Below are positions 10,359-17,775 of a stretch of 55,666 bases of DNA, in pieces. Positions within the stretch are counted from its first letter, which is position 1. Each line of letters starts with the position of its first letter. The stretch lies in the IMG/VR virus record IMGVR_UViG_3300018080_000024, positions 1 to 55,666 of that record; one strand, given 5' to 3'. Below the pieces are notes generated by a model that searched no databases, was not told where the DNA came from, and saw only the letters and a list, made by a program, of their open reading frames with translations. A program made the position numbers and the translations under genes. The DNA comes from a virus (Duplodnaviria > Caudoviricetes).

Positions 10359-11366
10359 ATGCCACAGCCACGGAATGATGAACGAAATACCTTGGTGGGT
10401 GCAGACTTGATGCCCAACCAGTTTGAAATGATGCACGAGCCCATCGGCGATTTTGGTATCTGGAATGGACAGTTTGAAATCGCCCAAGCGCTGAGCCACC
10501 CAGACGGCGTGCCCGAGGGGTGGTACAAAATCTACACCTGGAATGATGCATACGCGACAGTCCAGACCGGCGGCTGGGCCGGAGCCAATTGTATGCGCTG
10601 CGGGAGCACGGTGGCCGGGCACTCGGGGGGGGTCTTGACTAGCTTGCGCTATATCCCCGTCAGCGAGGATCGAGACTATTACGTCGGCGCGGCCATGCGC
10701 GGATCGAATGCAACGGTACAAGGGGGGCTAGCCGTTCGTTGTTACAGCGCCGCCAAAGCGCTGACGGGAACGGTTGGAATCGGCGCATGGGCTCCGGGTG
10801 TAAACTGGGTCCAGCGCCAGTATCGCATAGGCCCAGCAGGGGACGCAGCGTTCCCCGCCAACACGCGCTACTGCCAAGTGGAGCTGCGAGGCAACACAAA
10901 CAGCGAGACGAATCAATACGTCGAGTTTGACGACGTACAGTTCCAGCAGAGCAAGGTCAGCTACTCGCCTCAGATTCACCTCATTCACGATTATGTCAAT
11001 TCCGCAGTCAACTTTACCACAACGGTCAATGCGTGGACACAAGATCCTCAGTCAGTGATGACGCTTACGACGGAAGAGCCCGCGCATATTTGGGTGTGGT
11101 ACACGATTAACCATGTAAATCAGACCCGAGGAGCCATTTTCACGCATCAGTTCCGAATTTTTTGCGACGGCGTAGCTGTACCGATAAACCACTTTTCCGG
11201 TAGCCCCGCTGCAAACCATCTGTTGATCTCTGGTATTAGCTCACGGCTCGGGCCTGTGGCGCGGGGCGCTCATACGATAGACTTTCGTGTGTATGTGCAG
11301 AACAACGTTGACTCCGTAGTTGTTACGAACCGCACGGGATTTTGCTTTTACACCAGACAAAACTAG
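10359..11366 (+). CDS. Putative receptor-binding tail protein with CBM-like jelly-roll
   Basis: 335 aa with WNGQFE...EFDDVQF carbohydrate-binding-module-like pattern; last large tail gene; AT-richer 3' third. Confidence 0.55.
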   Translation: MPQPRNDERNTLVGADLMPNQFEMMHEPIGDFGIWNGQFEIAQALSHPDGVPEGWYKIYTWNDAYATVQTGGWAGANCMRCGSTVAGHSGGVLTSLRYIPVSEDRDYYVGAAMRGSNATVQGGLAVRCYSAAKALTGTVGIGAWAPGVNWVQRQYRIGPAGDAAFPANTRYCQVELRGNTNSETNQYVEFDDVQFQQSKVSYSPQIHLIHDYVNSAVNFTTTVNAWTQDPQSVMTLTTEEPAHIWVWYTINHVNQTRGAIFTHQFRIFCDGVAVPINHFSGSPAANHLLISGISSRLGPVARGAHTIDFRVYVQNNVDSVVVTNRTGFCFYTRQN

Positions 11367-11374
11367 GAGGGGCG

Positions 11375-11551
11375 ATGAAGCTGCTATTCTCAGTAGCGCT
11401 ACAAACAGACGGTGGGCAGACGCTATACGAAGAAAGCTTGGAGGTAAAGGCTAGCGCCGAGGTGCTCAGGGGGCAGCCCTTGGCGAGCATGGCGCAAGCG
11501 ATTATGAATGCGCTAGTACGACAAGCGGACGCCGCGACGCAGGACGCATAG
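11375..11551 (+). CDS. Hypothetical protein
   Basis: 58 aa ORF with SD GGAGG. Confidence 0.55.
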   Translation: MKLLFSVALQTDGGQTLYEESLEVKASAEVLRGQPLASMAQAIMNALVRQADAATQDA

Positions 11552-11561
11552 GAGGTGATGT

Positions 11562-11897
11562 ATGGCTATCCCCCCGGCCAACGGAAGCGGCAACGGCATG
11601 GTAACCTGGAAGGAGGTACAACGCTGGCTGACGATCATCGCGCTGGTCGTCACTGTCGTGGGCGCGATGTGGATAGTGCGCGTGGAGATCGCGACGGTCA
11701 AAGCGCAGCAGGATGACATAATCCGTCGTATGGGCGTCTTCGAGCAGCGCCTGGACCGGCTGGACGAGCGTGCTCGCGTGATGGACATAGAGCAGTTGAC
11801 GGCGATCAGCGAAATCCAGGCAGTGGTGGCTCGGATCGAAACGGTGTTAGACAGTGTAGCTGTACGGTGTGAACGGCTAGAAGGAGGGTCTGGATGA
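11562..11897 (+). CDS. Membrane protein with coiled coil (lysis-cassette position)
   Basis: One TM segment (WLTIIALVVTVVGAMWIV) followed by heptad repeats; SD GGAGGT. Confidence 0.55.
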   Translation: MAIPPANGSGNGMVTWKEVQRWLTIIALVVTVVGAMWIVRVEIATVKAQQDDIIRRMGVFEQRLDRLDERARVMDIEQLTAISEIQAVVARIETVLDSVAVRCERLEGGSG

Positions 11898-12250
11898 ACG
11901 GCATGGAGATGGTCCTACAGTATGTGCTGCTGGTCATCACCGGTGGCGGTGCAGGCAAAGTCGTAGAGTGGCTCATCGAGAAGCTGGACCTGAGCGCGTG
12001 GAGCACCTTGGCGAAGCGCATCTTTGCCCTGGTGGTCTCGGCGATCCTAGGCGTCGGGGCCTGGGCAGTGTTGGCGTTGCTGGGCTTGGCGGCCCGGCTC
12101 GACATCGGCCTCCCGAGCGGCAGCTGGCCACAAACGGGCGAGGAGTGGCTCGTGACCGTGATGATTATCATTGTGACCACCTGGACCTCATCGCAGATGT
12201 TCCACGCGGTCTCGCGGGACGCCAGGACGTCCGCGCTGCGGCGTCCATAG
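11894..12250 (+). CDS. Putative holin
   Basis: 118 aa with about three hydrophobic segments and a basic C-terminus; end of tail operon. Confidence 0.6.
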   Translation: MNGMEMVLQYVLLVITGGGAGKVVEWLIEKLDLSAWSTLAKRIFALVVSAILGVGAWAVLALLGLAARLDIGLPSGSWPQTGEEWLVTVMIIIVTTWTSSQMFHAVSRDARTSALRRP

Positions 12251-12279
12251 TGTAGCGGCCCCATCACCCCCATTTCCCC

Positions 12280-12305
12280 CCGCCCCGCCCTCACCGGCGG
12301 GGCGG
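12280..12305 (+). terminator. Repeated GC hairpin (terminator-like), copy 1
   Basis: CCGCCCCGCC-ctcacc-GGCGGGGCGG; same hairpin at 19486 and 41528, always just upstream of a promoter cassette. U-tract is weak here. Confidence 0.6.
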
Positions 12306-12317
12306 CTCTCGTTGGGC

Positions 12318-12456
12318 GGAATCTTTACGCAAAATTTACGCAATCTTTACGGATAGCTATAGACGTAGGCGGGAAACTATGCTATAATATCGTCGTAAGG
12401 TTAAGGACGGGGCGGCGATAGGGACTGCCCCCAGACACCCGAAGGAGACGAACGAA
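12318..12456 (+). promoter_or_regulatory. Repeated promoter cassette P1 (TTTACG boxes, sigma70 promoter, leader hairpin, RBS)
   Basis: TTTACG at 12324, 12335 and 12346; -35 TAGACG 12360-12365; 17-bp spacer; extended -10 TGcTATAAT (12383-12388); near-identical to P2-P4. Confidence 0.9.
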
Positions 12457-12756
12457 ATGGCAACCGACTTCCAAAAGATTGTGAAGGCTTTGCTTATAGA
12501 CTCCGACTTACGCATTAGCAAGATCGTTTGCAAGCGAAACGGGACCATTCATGTGATGCGCCGTACTAGCATGGGGACTACGAAGTCACTCAAGTCCTGG
12601 AATACGGATGTGTTCAAAGCCTTGTTCGCTCCTTTGAACGGGGACATTATGATCGACGGATATAACATGGTCAACACTGCAACGCTAGATGGCTACTTGG
12701 TTACCATTGTCGCACCCGCAGCGCCAGTGTATCTGCCATATATGAGAGCGGACTAG
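12457..12756 (+). CDS. Hypothetical early protein
   Basis: 99 aa ORF with SD AAGGAG directly after P1; AT-richer than the genome average. Confidence 0.7.
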   Translation: MATDFQKIVKALLIDSDLRISKIVCKRNGTIHVMRRTSMGTTKSLKSWNTDVFKALFAPLNGDIMIDGYNMVNTATLDGYLVTIVAPAAPVYLPYMRAD

Positions 12757-12764
12757 CCCAAGCA

Positions 12765-12828
12765 CGCGAAAGCCCGGGGCACACACCCCGGGCTCGCCGG
12801 GAAATCGGCCCGGCCTGATGAGCGGAGA
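12765..12828 (+). ncRNA. Type II hammerhead ribozyme HH1
   Basis: cgc-GAAA-stem III (GCCCGGGG/CCCCGGGC)-UC-stem I (GCCGGG aaatcgg CCCGGC)-CUGAUGA-gcg; complete catalytic core; predicted cleavage after C12795. Confidence 0.9.
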
Positions 12829-12848
12829 CAAACACACGGGAGGGCACA

Positions 12849-13058
12849 ATGGAGCGGCTTATGAACGGGCAGGCAGACGCGGTAGCAGTATTGCTCGACA
12901 ATCGCTGGACGATGGACGTATGCTGGAGCCACGAAGATCACTACACGGTTGTGCTCCAAAACGCCTCCCACGTGATCCTGGGCGTGGGCGATACGGTGGC
13001 CGACGCTACAGCAGCCGCAGAGCGCGACGCGCAGCGATGGCTCGACGAGAGGGCATAG
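12849..13058 (+). CDS. Hypothetical early protein
   Basis: 69 aa ORF with SD GGAGG after HH1. Confidence 0.65.
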   Translation: MERLMNGQADAVAVLLDNRWTMDVCWSHEDHYTVVLQNASHVILGVGDTVADATAAAERDAQRWLDERA

Positions 13059-13151
13059 CAACGAGCTCACCGACGTCCGGCAGATCGTCGCCGCAGTGGA
13101 AACCATCGGACGGGCGCTGGGATTGTCATTGCGTCGGTAATACATTCGCAC

Positions 13152-13179
13152 GGCTGGCGTGCTACCCGGCGCGCCAGCC
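13152..13179 (+). promoter_or_regulatory. Intergenic hairpin upstream of ArdC RBS
   Basis: GGCTGGCGTGC-tacccg-GCGCGCCAGCC, 11 bp including one G-U. Confidence 0.5.
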
Positions 13180-13197
13180 AACCCTTAGGAGGTCAGC

Positions 13198-14007
13198 ATG
13201 TCCAAGTACACGGTCAAGCAGTTAGCAGATCGCATCGCTGATGGCGCGGAGCAGTTGGTACAGGATGGTGCGTGGGACGAGTACCTGAAATTCATCTCGC
13301 GATTCCCCGGCTACAGCTTCGGGAACCTCATGCTCATCTACACCGCCCGGCCCGATGCATCGCGTGTCGCCGGATACCGCACGTGGCAGAAGATGGGCCG
13401 CCAGGTTCGCAAGGGTGAGAAGGGCATCGCGATCTTGGCCCCGCACCAGTGGAAGCGCAAGGACGAGGATGACGACCAAGACGTCTCGCGGCGGACCGGC
13501 GTCGGATTCCACGTCACCTATGTCCGGGACGTGAGCCAAACCGACGGCGACCCATTGCCTGAGATTGCTCCGCCGTTGAGCGGCGATGACCCCAACGGGA
13601 TCCTGGGCCAGGTCCTAGGTGCCATCAAGCGCCGTGGCCTAGTCGTCGAGTTCACCGACGAGATGGTCGCCGACGGGGCTACGAACGGGCGCACCGTCCG
13701 CCTCCACACGGAGCGGGCCGCAACGCACCAGGTCGCCGTCGCGCTCCATGAACTTGCTCACGTCATCCTCGGCCACACGTCCAATCGTCGTGATGTGCCT
13801 CAGGCAGCGATGGAGTGGGAGGCCGAGTCGGTGTCCTACGTCGTCTGCGAGCGGCTGGGGATAGACTCCTCGACCAACGCGCTGGGCTATGTCCTGTCGT
13901 GGGCACATGGCGATCCCGAGGCGGTCCGTGAATACATCGCCGAGGAGGGCAACCTGATCCTCACCGTCGCCAGTGAGATCGTCGAGGCCGTTGCCGTAAA
14001 CGCCTAA
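13198..14007 (+). CDS. ardC: ArdC-like antirestriction protein (ssDNA-binding N-domain plus zincin-like HExxH domain)
   Basis: YSFGNLMLI, VAGYRTWQKMGRQVRKGEKGIAILAP, DVSQTDG, HELAH and EWEAESVSY motifs. Confidence 0.85.
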   Translation: MSKYTVKQLADRIADGAEQLVQDGAWDEYLKFISRFPGYSFGNLMLIYTARPDASRVAGYRTWQKMGRQVRKGEKGIAILAPHQWKRKDEDDDQDVSRRTGVGFHVTYVRDVSQTDGDPLPEIAPPLSGDDPNGILGQVLGAIKRRGLVVEFTDEMVADGATNGRTVRLHTERAATHQVAVALHELAHVILGHTSNRRDVPQAAMEWEAESVSYVVCERLGIDSSTNALGYVLSWAHGDPEAVREYIAEEGNLILTVASEIVEAVAVNA

Positions 14008-14015
14008 GTGTCTCG

Positions 14016-14153
14016 GGAATCTTTACGCAAAATTTACGCTATCTTTACGGATAGCTATAGACGTAGGCGGGGAACTATGCTATAATATCGTCGTAAGGTT
14101 AAGGACGGGGCGGCGATAGGGACCACCCCCAGACACCCAGAGGAGACAGCAGA
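14016..14153 (+). promoter_or_regulatory. Repeated promoter cassette P2
   Basis: Three TTTACG boxes; -35 TAGACG 14058-14063; -10 TATAAT 14081-14086; no upstream terminator hairpin. Confidence 0.9.
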
Positions 14154-14363
14154 ATGGCCCGCCAGAATTATCCGCCCACCCACGTATACAAATTCGCCGC
14201 GCACATCTGCTTCGCTGATACCCGCGCCGAGGCCGACGCGATCAAAGCCGACGCCGACGCCTACATCAACGCGCAGCGGGCAAACCTGCGCCCCGCGACG
14301 ATCAAGAAGCTGGAGGGCATCATCAGTGACGCGATCCTCGACTGGGAGGATTTCAACAGCTAG
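14154..14363 (+). CDS. Hypothetical early protein
   Basis: 69 aa ORF with SD GAGGAG after P2. Confidence 0.7.
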   Translation: MARQNYPPTHVYKFAAHICFADTRAEADAIKADADAYINAQRANLRPATIKKLEGIISDAILDWEDFNS

Positions 14364-14365
14364 TA

Positions 14366-14429
14366 CGCGAAAGCCCGGGGCGCTTGCCCCGGGCTCGCCG
14401 GGAAATCGGCCCGGCCTGATGAGCGGAGA
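14366..14429 (+). ncRNA. Type II hammerhead ribozyme HH2
   Basis: GAAA 14369-14372; stem III GCCCGGGGC-gctt-GCCCCGGGC; UC 14395-14396; stem I; CUGAUGA 14416-14422; gcg. Confidence 0.9.
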
Positions 14430-14444
14430 GGAAAAAGGAGGAAG

Positions 14445-14771
14445 ATGACCAAGCGATGGAGTTGGGCTTACGCCACAGTGCTGTCGCCAGCGGCCAAGGC
14501 CGCTGGTGCGCACATGGCAGAGCGCGGCCGAGTGCGATTCCCCCGCACGAAATGCCAGATTGCCTGGCTGAACGACGCGGCAGGCTACCCGCGAAACGTT
14601 ATCGCCGTGCTGGCGAGTGACGAAGAGTGGGAAACGTCGGTGGAGGTCCGAGACCATGACCGTGTCGTTACCTGTGCGTTCGCGGATGGGGACGACGTAA
14701 TCATCCATGCACACGGAACGGCTGCGGTCGACTCCGTGAGCGTCCCGCGCGGGTGGACGCTGGTTGGCTAG
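14445..14771 (+). CDS. Hypothetical protein bracketed by two hammerheads
   Basis: 108 aa ORF with SD AAGGAGG, between HH2 and HH3. Confidence 0.7.
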   Translation: MTKRWSWAYATVLSPAAKAAGAHMAERGRVRFPRTKCQIAWLNDAAGYPRNVIAVLASDEEWETSVEVRDHDRVVTCAFADGDDVIIHAHGTAAVDSVSVPRGWTLVG

Positions 14772-14779
14772 AGGCGGCA

Positions 14780-14841
14780 CGCGAAACCTAGCGGATAACC
14801 GCTAGGTCGCCGGGAAATCGGCCCGGCCTGATGAGTGGAGA
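14780..14841 (+). ncRNA. Type II hammerhead ribozyme HH3 (variant stem III, GUC triplet)
   Basis: GAAA 14783-14786; stem III CCTAGCGG-ataa-CCGCTAGG (different sequence, fully paired); UC 14807-14808; CUGAUGA 14828-14834; stem II cgc/gug with G-U. Confidence 0.92.
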
Positions 14842-14863
14842 CAAACACACGGGAGGGCACACA

Positions 14864-15085
14864 ATGAACGAGTCATACGAGCTCTTTGTAGATCGTAGCG
14901 CAGATCCGGCGGACATCGCGGCTATGACCCAAGACGAAATCGAGAACGACATCGAGGCCATGGTCCGCGAGGGGTGCCTGGACAACGAGCCAGACGCGAC
15001 CGAGGCAGAGATCGGCCAAGCACGCGAGTTTGCAGCAGCAGAGATTCTGTCTGAGGCGAAACGTCTGGCGGGCATCGAGGACTAG
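14864..15085 (+). CDS. Hypothetical acidic protein
   Basis: 73 aa, very Asp/Glu-rich; RBS block shared with the gene at 12849. Confidence 0.7.
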   Translation: MNESYELFVDRSADPADIAAMTQDEIENDIEAMVREGCLDNEPDATEAEIGQAREFAAAEILSEAKRLAGIED

Positions 15086-15158
15086 CCACACTCGTGAGAA
15101 CCGGGCTACCTGTCCGGCGGCCCGGTCCGACGAGCGATTATCAATCACTGGAGGGACG

Positions 15159-15464
15159 ATGAACAGAGCACAAGACCTGCGAGACCTGAAGGCCGCCGCG
15201 GACTTTGAGCTTGTCTGCGCCGAGGCCGGCGTGAGGATCGGATATTGTGTGCTGCGCGAGGACTTGGGCGTGTTGACCGCAGGGTCCAAAGTGGCGATCA
15301 TAGACTTCTACGCCGAGGGCATCACGTTCACGCCGGAGGATTGGCAGGGTCCGTTGCCCCACCTGGACGACCCCGAGGACATCGGGAACACGACCTGGGT
15401 GGACCAATACGGACACCAAGGCGTTATTATGGGGTTCTTGCCGCGGTTATTGGATACGTACTAG
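15159..15464 (+). CDS. Hypothetical protein
   Basis: 101 aa ORF with SD GGAGG. Confidence 0.65.
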   Translation: MNRAQDLRDLKAAADFELVCAEAGVRIGYCVLREDLGVLTAGSKVAIIDFYAEGITFTPEDWQGPLPHLDDPEDIGNTTWVDQYGHQGVIMGFLPRLLDTY

Positions 15465-15476
15465 CCGCCACCACGA

Positions 15477-15514
15477 GCGCCGGGACTGCCAACCGGCGCG
15501 ACTTTATCACTGGA
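15477..15514 (+). repeat. Intergenic hairpin repeat, copy A
   Basis: GCGCCGG-gactgccaa-CCGGCGC then ACTTTATCACTGGA; related copies at 15738 and 20289. Confidence 0.8.
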
Positions 15515-15522
15515 GGGATGAA

Positions 15523-15723
15523 ATGGAGACCAAGTACCCGAATGTCACAGTCCGGTTGGTGGGGGAGGACGGGAATGCATTTGCCATCCTGGGCCGGGTT
15601 ACAAAGGCTATGCAGCGGGAGGGCGTATCGAAGGCCGAGCGCGACGCGTACATGGCGGAGGCTACGGCTGGCAGTTACGAAGAGCTGATTGCCACCACGA
15701 TGCGTTGGGTGAACGTCAGGTAG
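15523..15723 (+). CDS. Conserved small phage protein
   Basis: 66 aa with LVGEDGNAFAILGRV...SYEEL motif, recognised from small phage hypothetical proteins. Confidence 0.75.
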   Translation: METKYPNVTVRLVGEDGNAFAILGRVTKAMQREGVSKAERDAYMAEATAGSYEELIATTMRWVNVR

Positions 15724-15733
15724 CGGAATCTAT

Positions 15734-15775
15734 AGTGGCGCCGGTTGGCAGTCCCGGCGCCACTTTATCACTGGA
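15734..15775 (+). repeat. Intergenic hairpin repeat, copy B (loop inverted)
   Basis: GCGCCGG-ttggcagtc-CCGGCGC then ACTTTATCACTGGA; the loop is the reverse complement of the copy A loop. Confidence 0.8.
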
Positions 15776-15791
15776 CGAGGAAGGGACACCG

Positions 15792-16178
15792 ATGACGAAA
15801 CAGGCACGGCTACCGCTAGGCCCCGGCAAAGAGCCTACCCTGCCGGTCCGCCAATATACTGCCATGGCCGAGGAGTACCCAGACGCGATCTTGCTCATGC
15901 GCCTCGGGGACTTCTACGAGGTCATTGGGTGCAACGCCATCACCGTTGCAGAGCTGTGTGACGGGGTGCTGACATTGCGCCCAGATGGGAGCGTGGACAA
16001 GAGCAGCGTGCGCGGGCGGCGGGCTATGGTCGGAATCCCGGCAGCGGAGTTGGACCAGGCAGTGAGGCGGCTCGTGCGCTGCGGCTTCAAGGTCGCCATC
16101 GCCGAGCAGGTTGGGCGGCTACCTCGCGGCCAGATTGCCCGGCGCGTCGCACGGGTTCATCGTTGTGACGAGCAGTGA
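15792..16178 (+). CDS. Stand-alone MutS domain I (mismatch-binding) protein
   Basis: QY...YPDAILLMRLGDFYE...MVGIP...LVRCGFKVAIAEQ...RRVARV matches MutS_I, including the Phe-X-Glu motif; only 128 aa. Confidence 0.88.
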   Translation: MTKQARLPLGPGKEPTLPVRQYTAMAEEYPDAILLMRLGDFYEVIGCNAITVAELCDGVLTLRPDGSVDKSSVRGRRAMVGIPAAELDQAVRRLVRCGFKVAIAEQVGRLPRGQIARRVARVHRCDEQ

Positions 16179-16198
16179 CGAGAAACGGAGGTAGAGCG

Positions 16199-16447
16199 AT
16201 GACTTGCGAATGCTGTGACGGGTACGGATACGAGGACTATCCCTGCGAGACCATGGTGCCGGATGGAGACACCATGATCGCCATAGAGGGCATGGAGCGT
16301 GTCGAGTGTCCCGAGTGTGTCGGGCGCGATATCTGCCCGCAGTGTGGTTCGCCGGAGGGACTGGATGGCGTCGGTGACGACTATTGGTGTCGTGAGTGTG
16401 GCTGGGCCAGGAACTGGGAGACGGCGCCCGAGCACTTGGCCTTATGA
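16199..16447 (+). CDS. Zinc-finger protein
   Basis: 82 aa with CECCDG, CPEC, CPQC and CREC motifs. Confidence 0.7.
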   Translation: MTCECCDGYGYEDYPCETMVPDGDTMIAIEGMERVECPECVGRDICPQCGSPEGLDGVGDDYWCRECGWARNWETAPEHLAL

Positions 16448-16465
16448 GCAGAGGAGGGGCATAGC

Positions 16466-16867
16466 ATGAGGATACTGGAAGCAGCGCGAGTATTGGGCTT
16501 GTCGCCAGACCGGGTGCGCCGGTATATCCGTGACGGATACATCGAGGCGGATCACGGCGACAACGAGTGGAACCTGGACGTGAGCGCCGAGGAGCTGGAC
16601 CGGTTCTTGCGAGACGTGGTGCCTGTGATGCGCCACAAGGAGCCCGTCGAGGTTCCTGAGACGCCGACGGTATGGCGGGTGAACGAGGTCGGGGAGCTAT
16701 ACGACGTGGAGCCCGCGACGGTGCGCAAGTGGATCTATGACGGTGTCCTGCCGGCGCGCAAGGTTGGGTCGGAATGGAGCATCCGTCGTAAGGACCTGAT
16801 AAGGTTTCGCCCGCGTCGCCGTGGGCGGCCCTTTGCCTACGGAGTGAAGGAGGGAGAGTCACTGTGA
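16466..16867 (+). CDS. Tandem Xis/MerR-like (HTH_17, BldC-like) DNA-binding protein
   Basis: Two domains: EAARVLGLSPDRVRRYIRDGYIEA and EVGELYDVEPATVRKWIYDGVLPARKVGSEWSI; C-terminal RGRP. Confidence 0.85.
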   Translation: MRILEAARVLGLSPDRVRRYIRDGYIEADHGDNEWNLDVSAEELDRFLRDVVPVMRHKEPVEVPETPTVWRVNEVGELYDVEPATVRKWIYDGVLPARKVGSEWSIRRKDLIRFRPRRRGRPFAYGVKEGESL

Positions 16868-17013
16868 AGCTCGTTGAGCTCTATCGTCGGGAGCGCTGGG
16901 TCGCCTACGCGGTAGCCGCCGCCGTCACCATTGGCGCTGGCCTGATCGTTCGCCATCCCATCGCGACCATCGTATTGTCAATCACGATCCTAGCAGGTTT
17001 GGAGGAGAGATGA
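16864..17013 (+). CDS. Small membrane protein
   Basis: 49 aa GTG-start ORF with two hydrophobic stretches, overlap-coupled on both sides. Confidence 0.55.
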   Translation: MKLVELYRRERWVAYAVAAAVTIGAGLIVRHPIATIVLSITILAGLEER

Positions 17014-17765
17014 AACTGAGAGATTGGCCGGGAGACATCCCGTTCCGCATGATCCCGGAGCTCACCGATGCCGAACATGGCTGGTGGGCGTGTGAAGGCG
17101 GACTGTTCGTCGATGAGCCAGACGGGAGCCTGGATGACGAGGGCTTGTGGGAGGCATTCGAGCGATATGCAGATCGCCTCCAAGCCGTGAGCCGGGCCCT
17201 GCCCTGGGTGCTGGGCGACTTTTTCAATCTGGCCGAGACACGCTGGGGCGAGTCCTATGCGCAGCTAGCCGAGGCTACGGGCTACCACGAGACGACGCTC
17301 TACAACGCCAAGTGGGTGTGCTCTCGCGTGCCCATGGAGATCCGGTTCCACGCGCCGTCGTTCAGTCACGCCCAGGCCGTCGCGCCGTTGCCGGACGTGG
17401 AGATGCGCGAGGCCTACCTGCGCATGGCCGAGGACAACGGCTGGACCCGCGATGACCTCCGGCTAGCAGTGCGGGCGATCCTCAACGAGGCGACGCCGAA
17501 GTGGTCCGAGGAAGGCCCAGATGCCCACGATGGCGAGATAGTGCCCGTGGCGGCCATCCACAACCTGCCCGACGTGCGCCGGTCCTTGACGGCCTATCGG
17601 TCACAGTTTGAGCGACTGATCTTTGCGCTGGAGGACATGGTCGAGCTCGAGCTTGCCGATGACGTCCGTGATCTATGGGGCGCGCTGAATCGGCTGGTCG
17701 GGCGAGTAGACGCGATGCTTGAGGCCATGGACGCCGTTGAGAGCGGCCAGGCCTACCCAGACTAG
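17010..17765 (+). CDS. LmbU-like DNA-binding protein
   Basis: WVLGD...YAQLAEATGY...TLYNAKWV...SFSHAQAVA...WTRDDLR pattern of LmbU-type phage proteins. Confidence 0.6.
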   Translation: MKLRDWPGDIPFRMIPELTDAEHGWWACEGGLFVDEPDGSLDDEGLWEAFERYADRLQAVSRALPWVLGDFFNLAETRWGESYAQLAEATGYHETTLYNAKWVCSRVPMEIRFHAPSFSHAQAVAPLPDVEMREAYLRMAEDNGWTRDDLRLAVRAILNEATPKWSEEGPDAHDGEIVPVAAIHNLPDVRRSLTAYRSQFERLIFALEDMVELELADDVRDLWGALNRLVGRVDAMLEAMDAVESGQAYPD

Positions 17766-17775
17766 GAGGACACGC

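Noticed and set aside
13060-13140. Coding-like stretch NELTDVRQIVAAVETIGRALGLSLRR
   Set aside because: No start codon or RBS in frame; possibly a gene remnant, but too short to support.
15477-15514. Twister ribozyme reading of the GCCGG hairpins
   Set aside because: Only superficial similarity to P4; the required pseudoknot partners and cleavage loop could not be found, and the loop is inverted in one copy.
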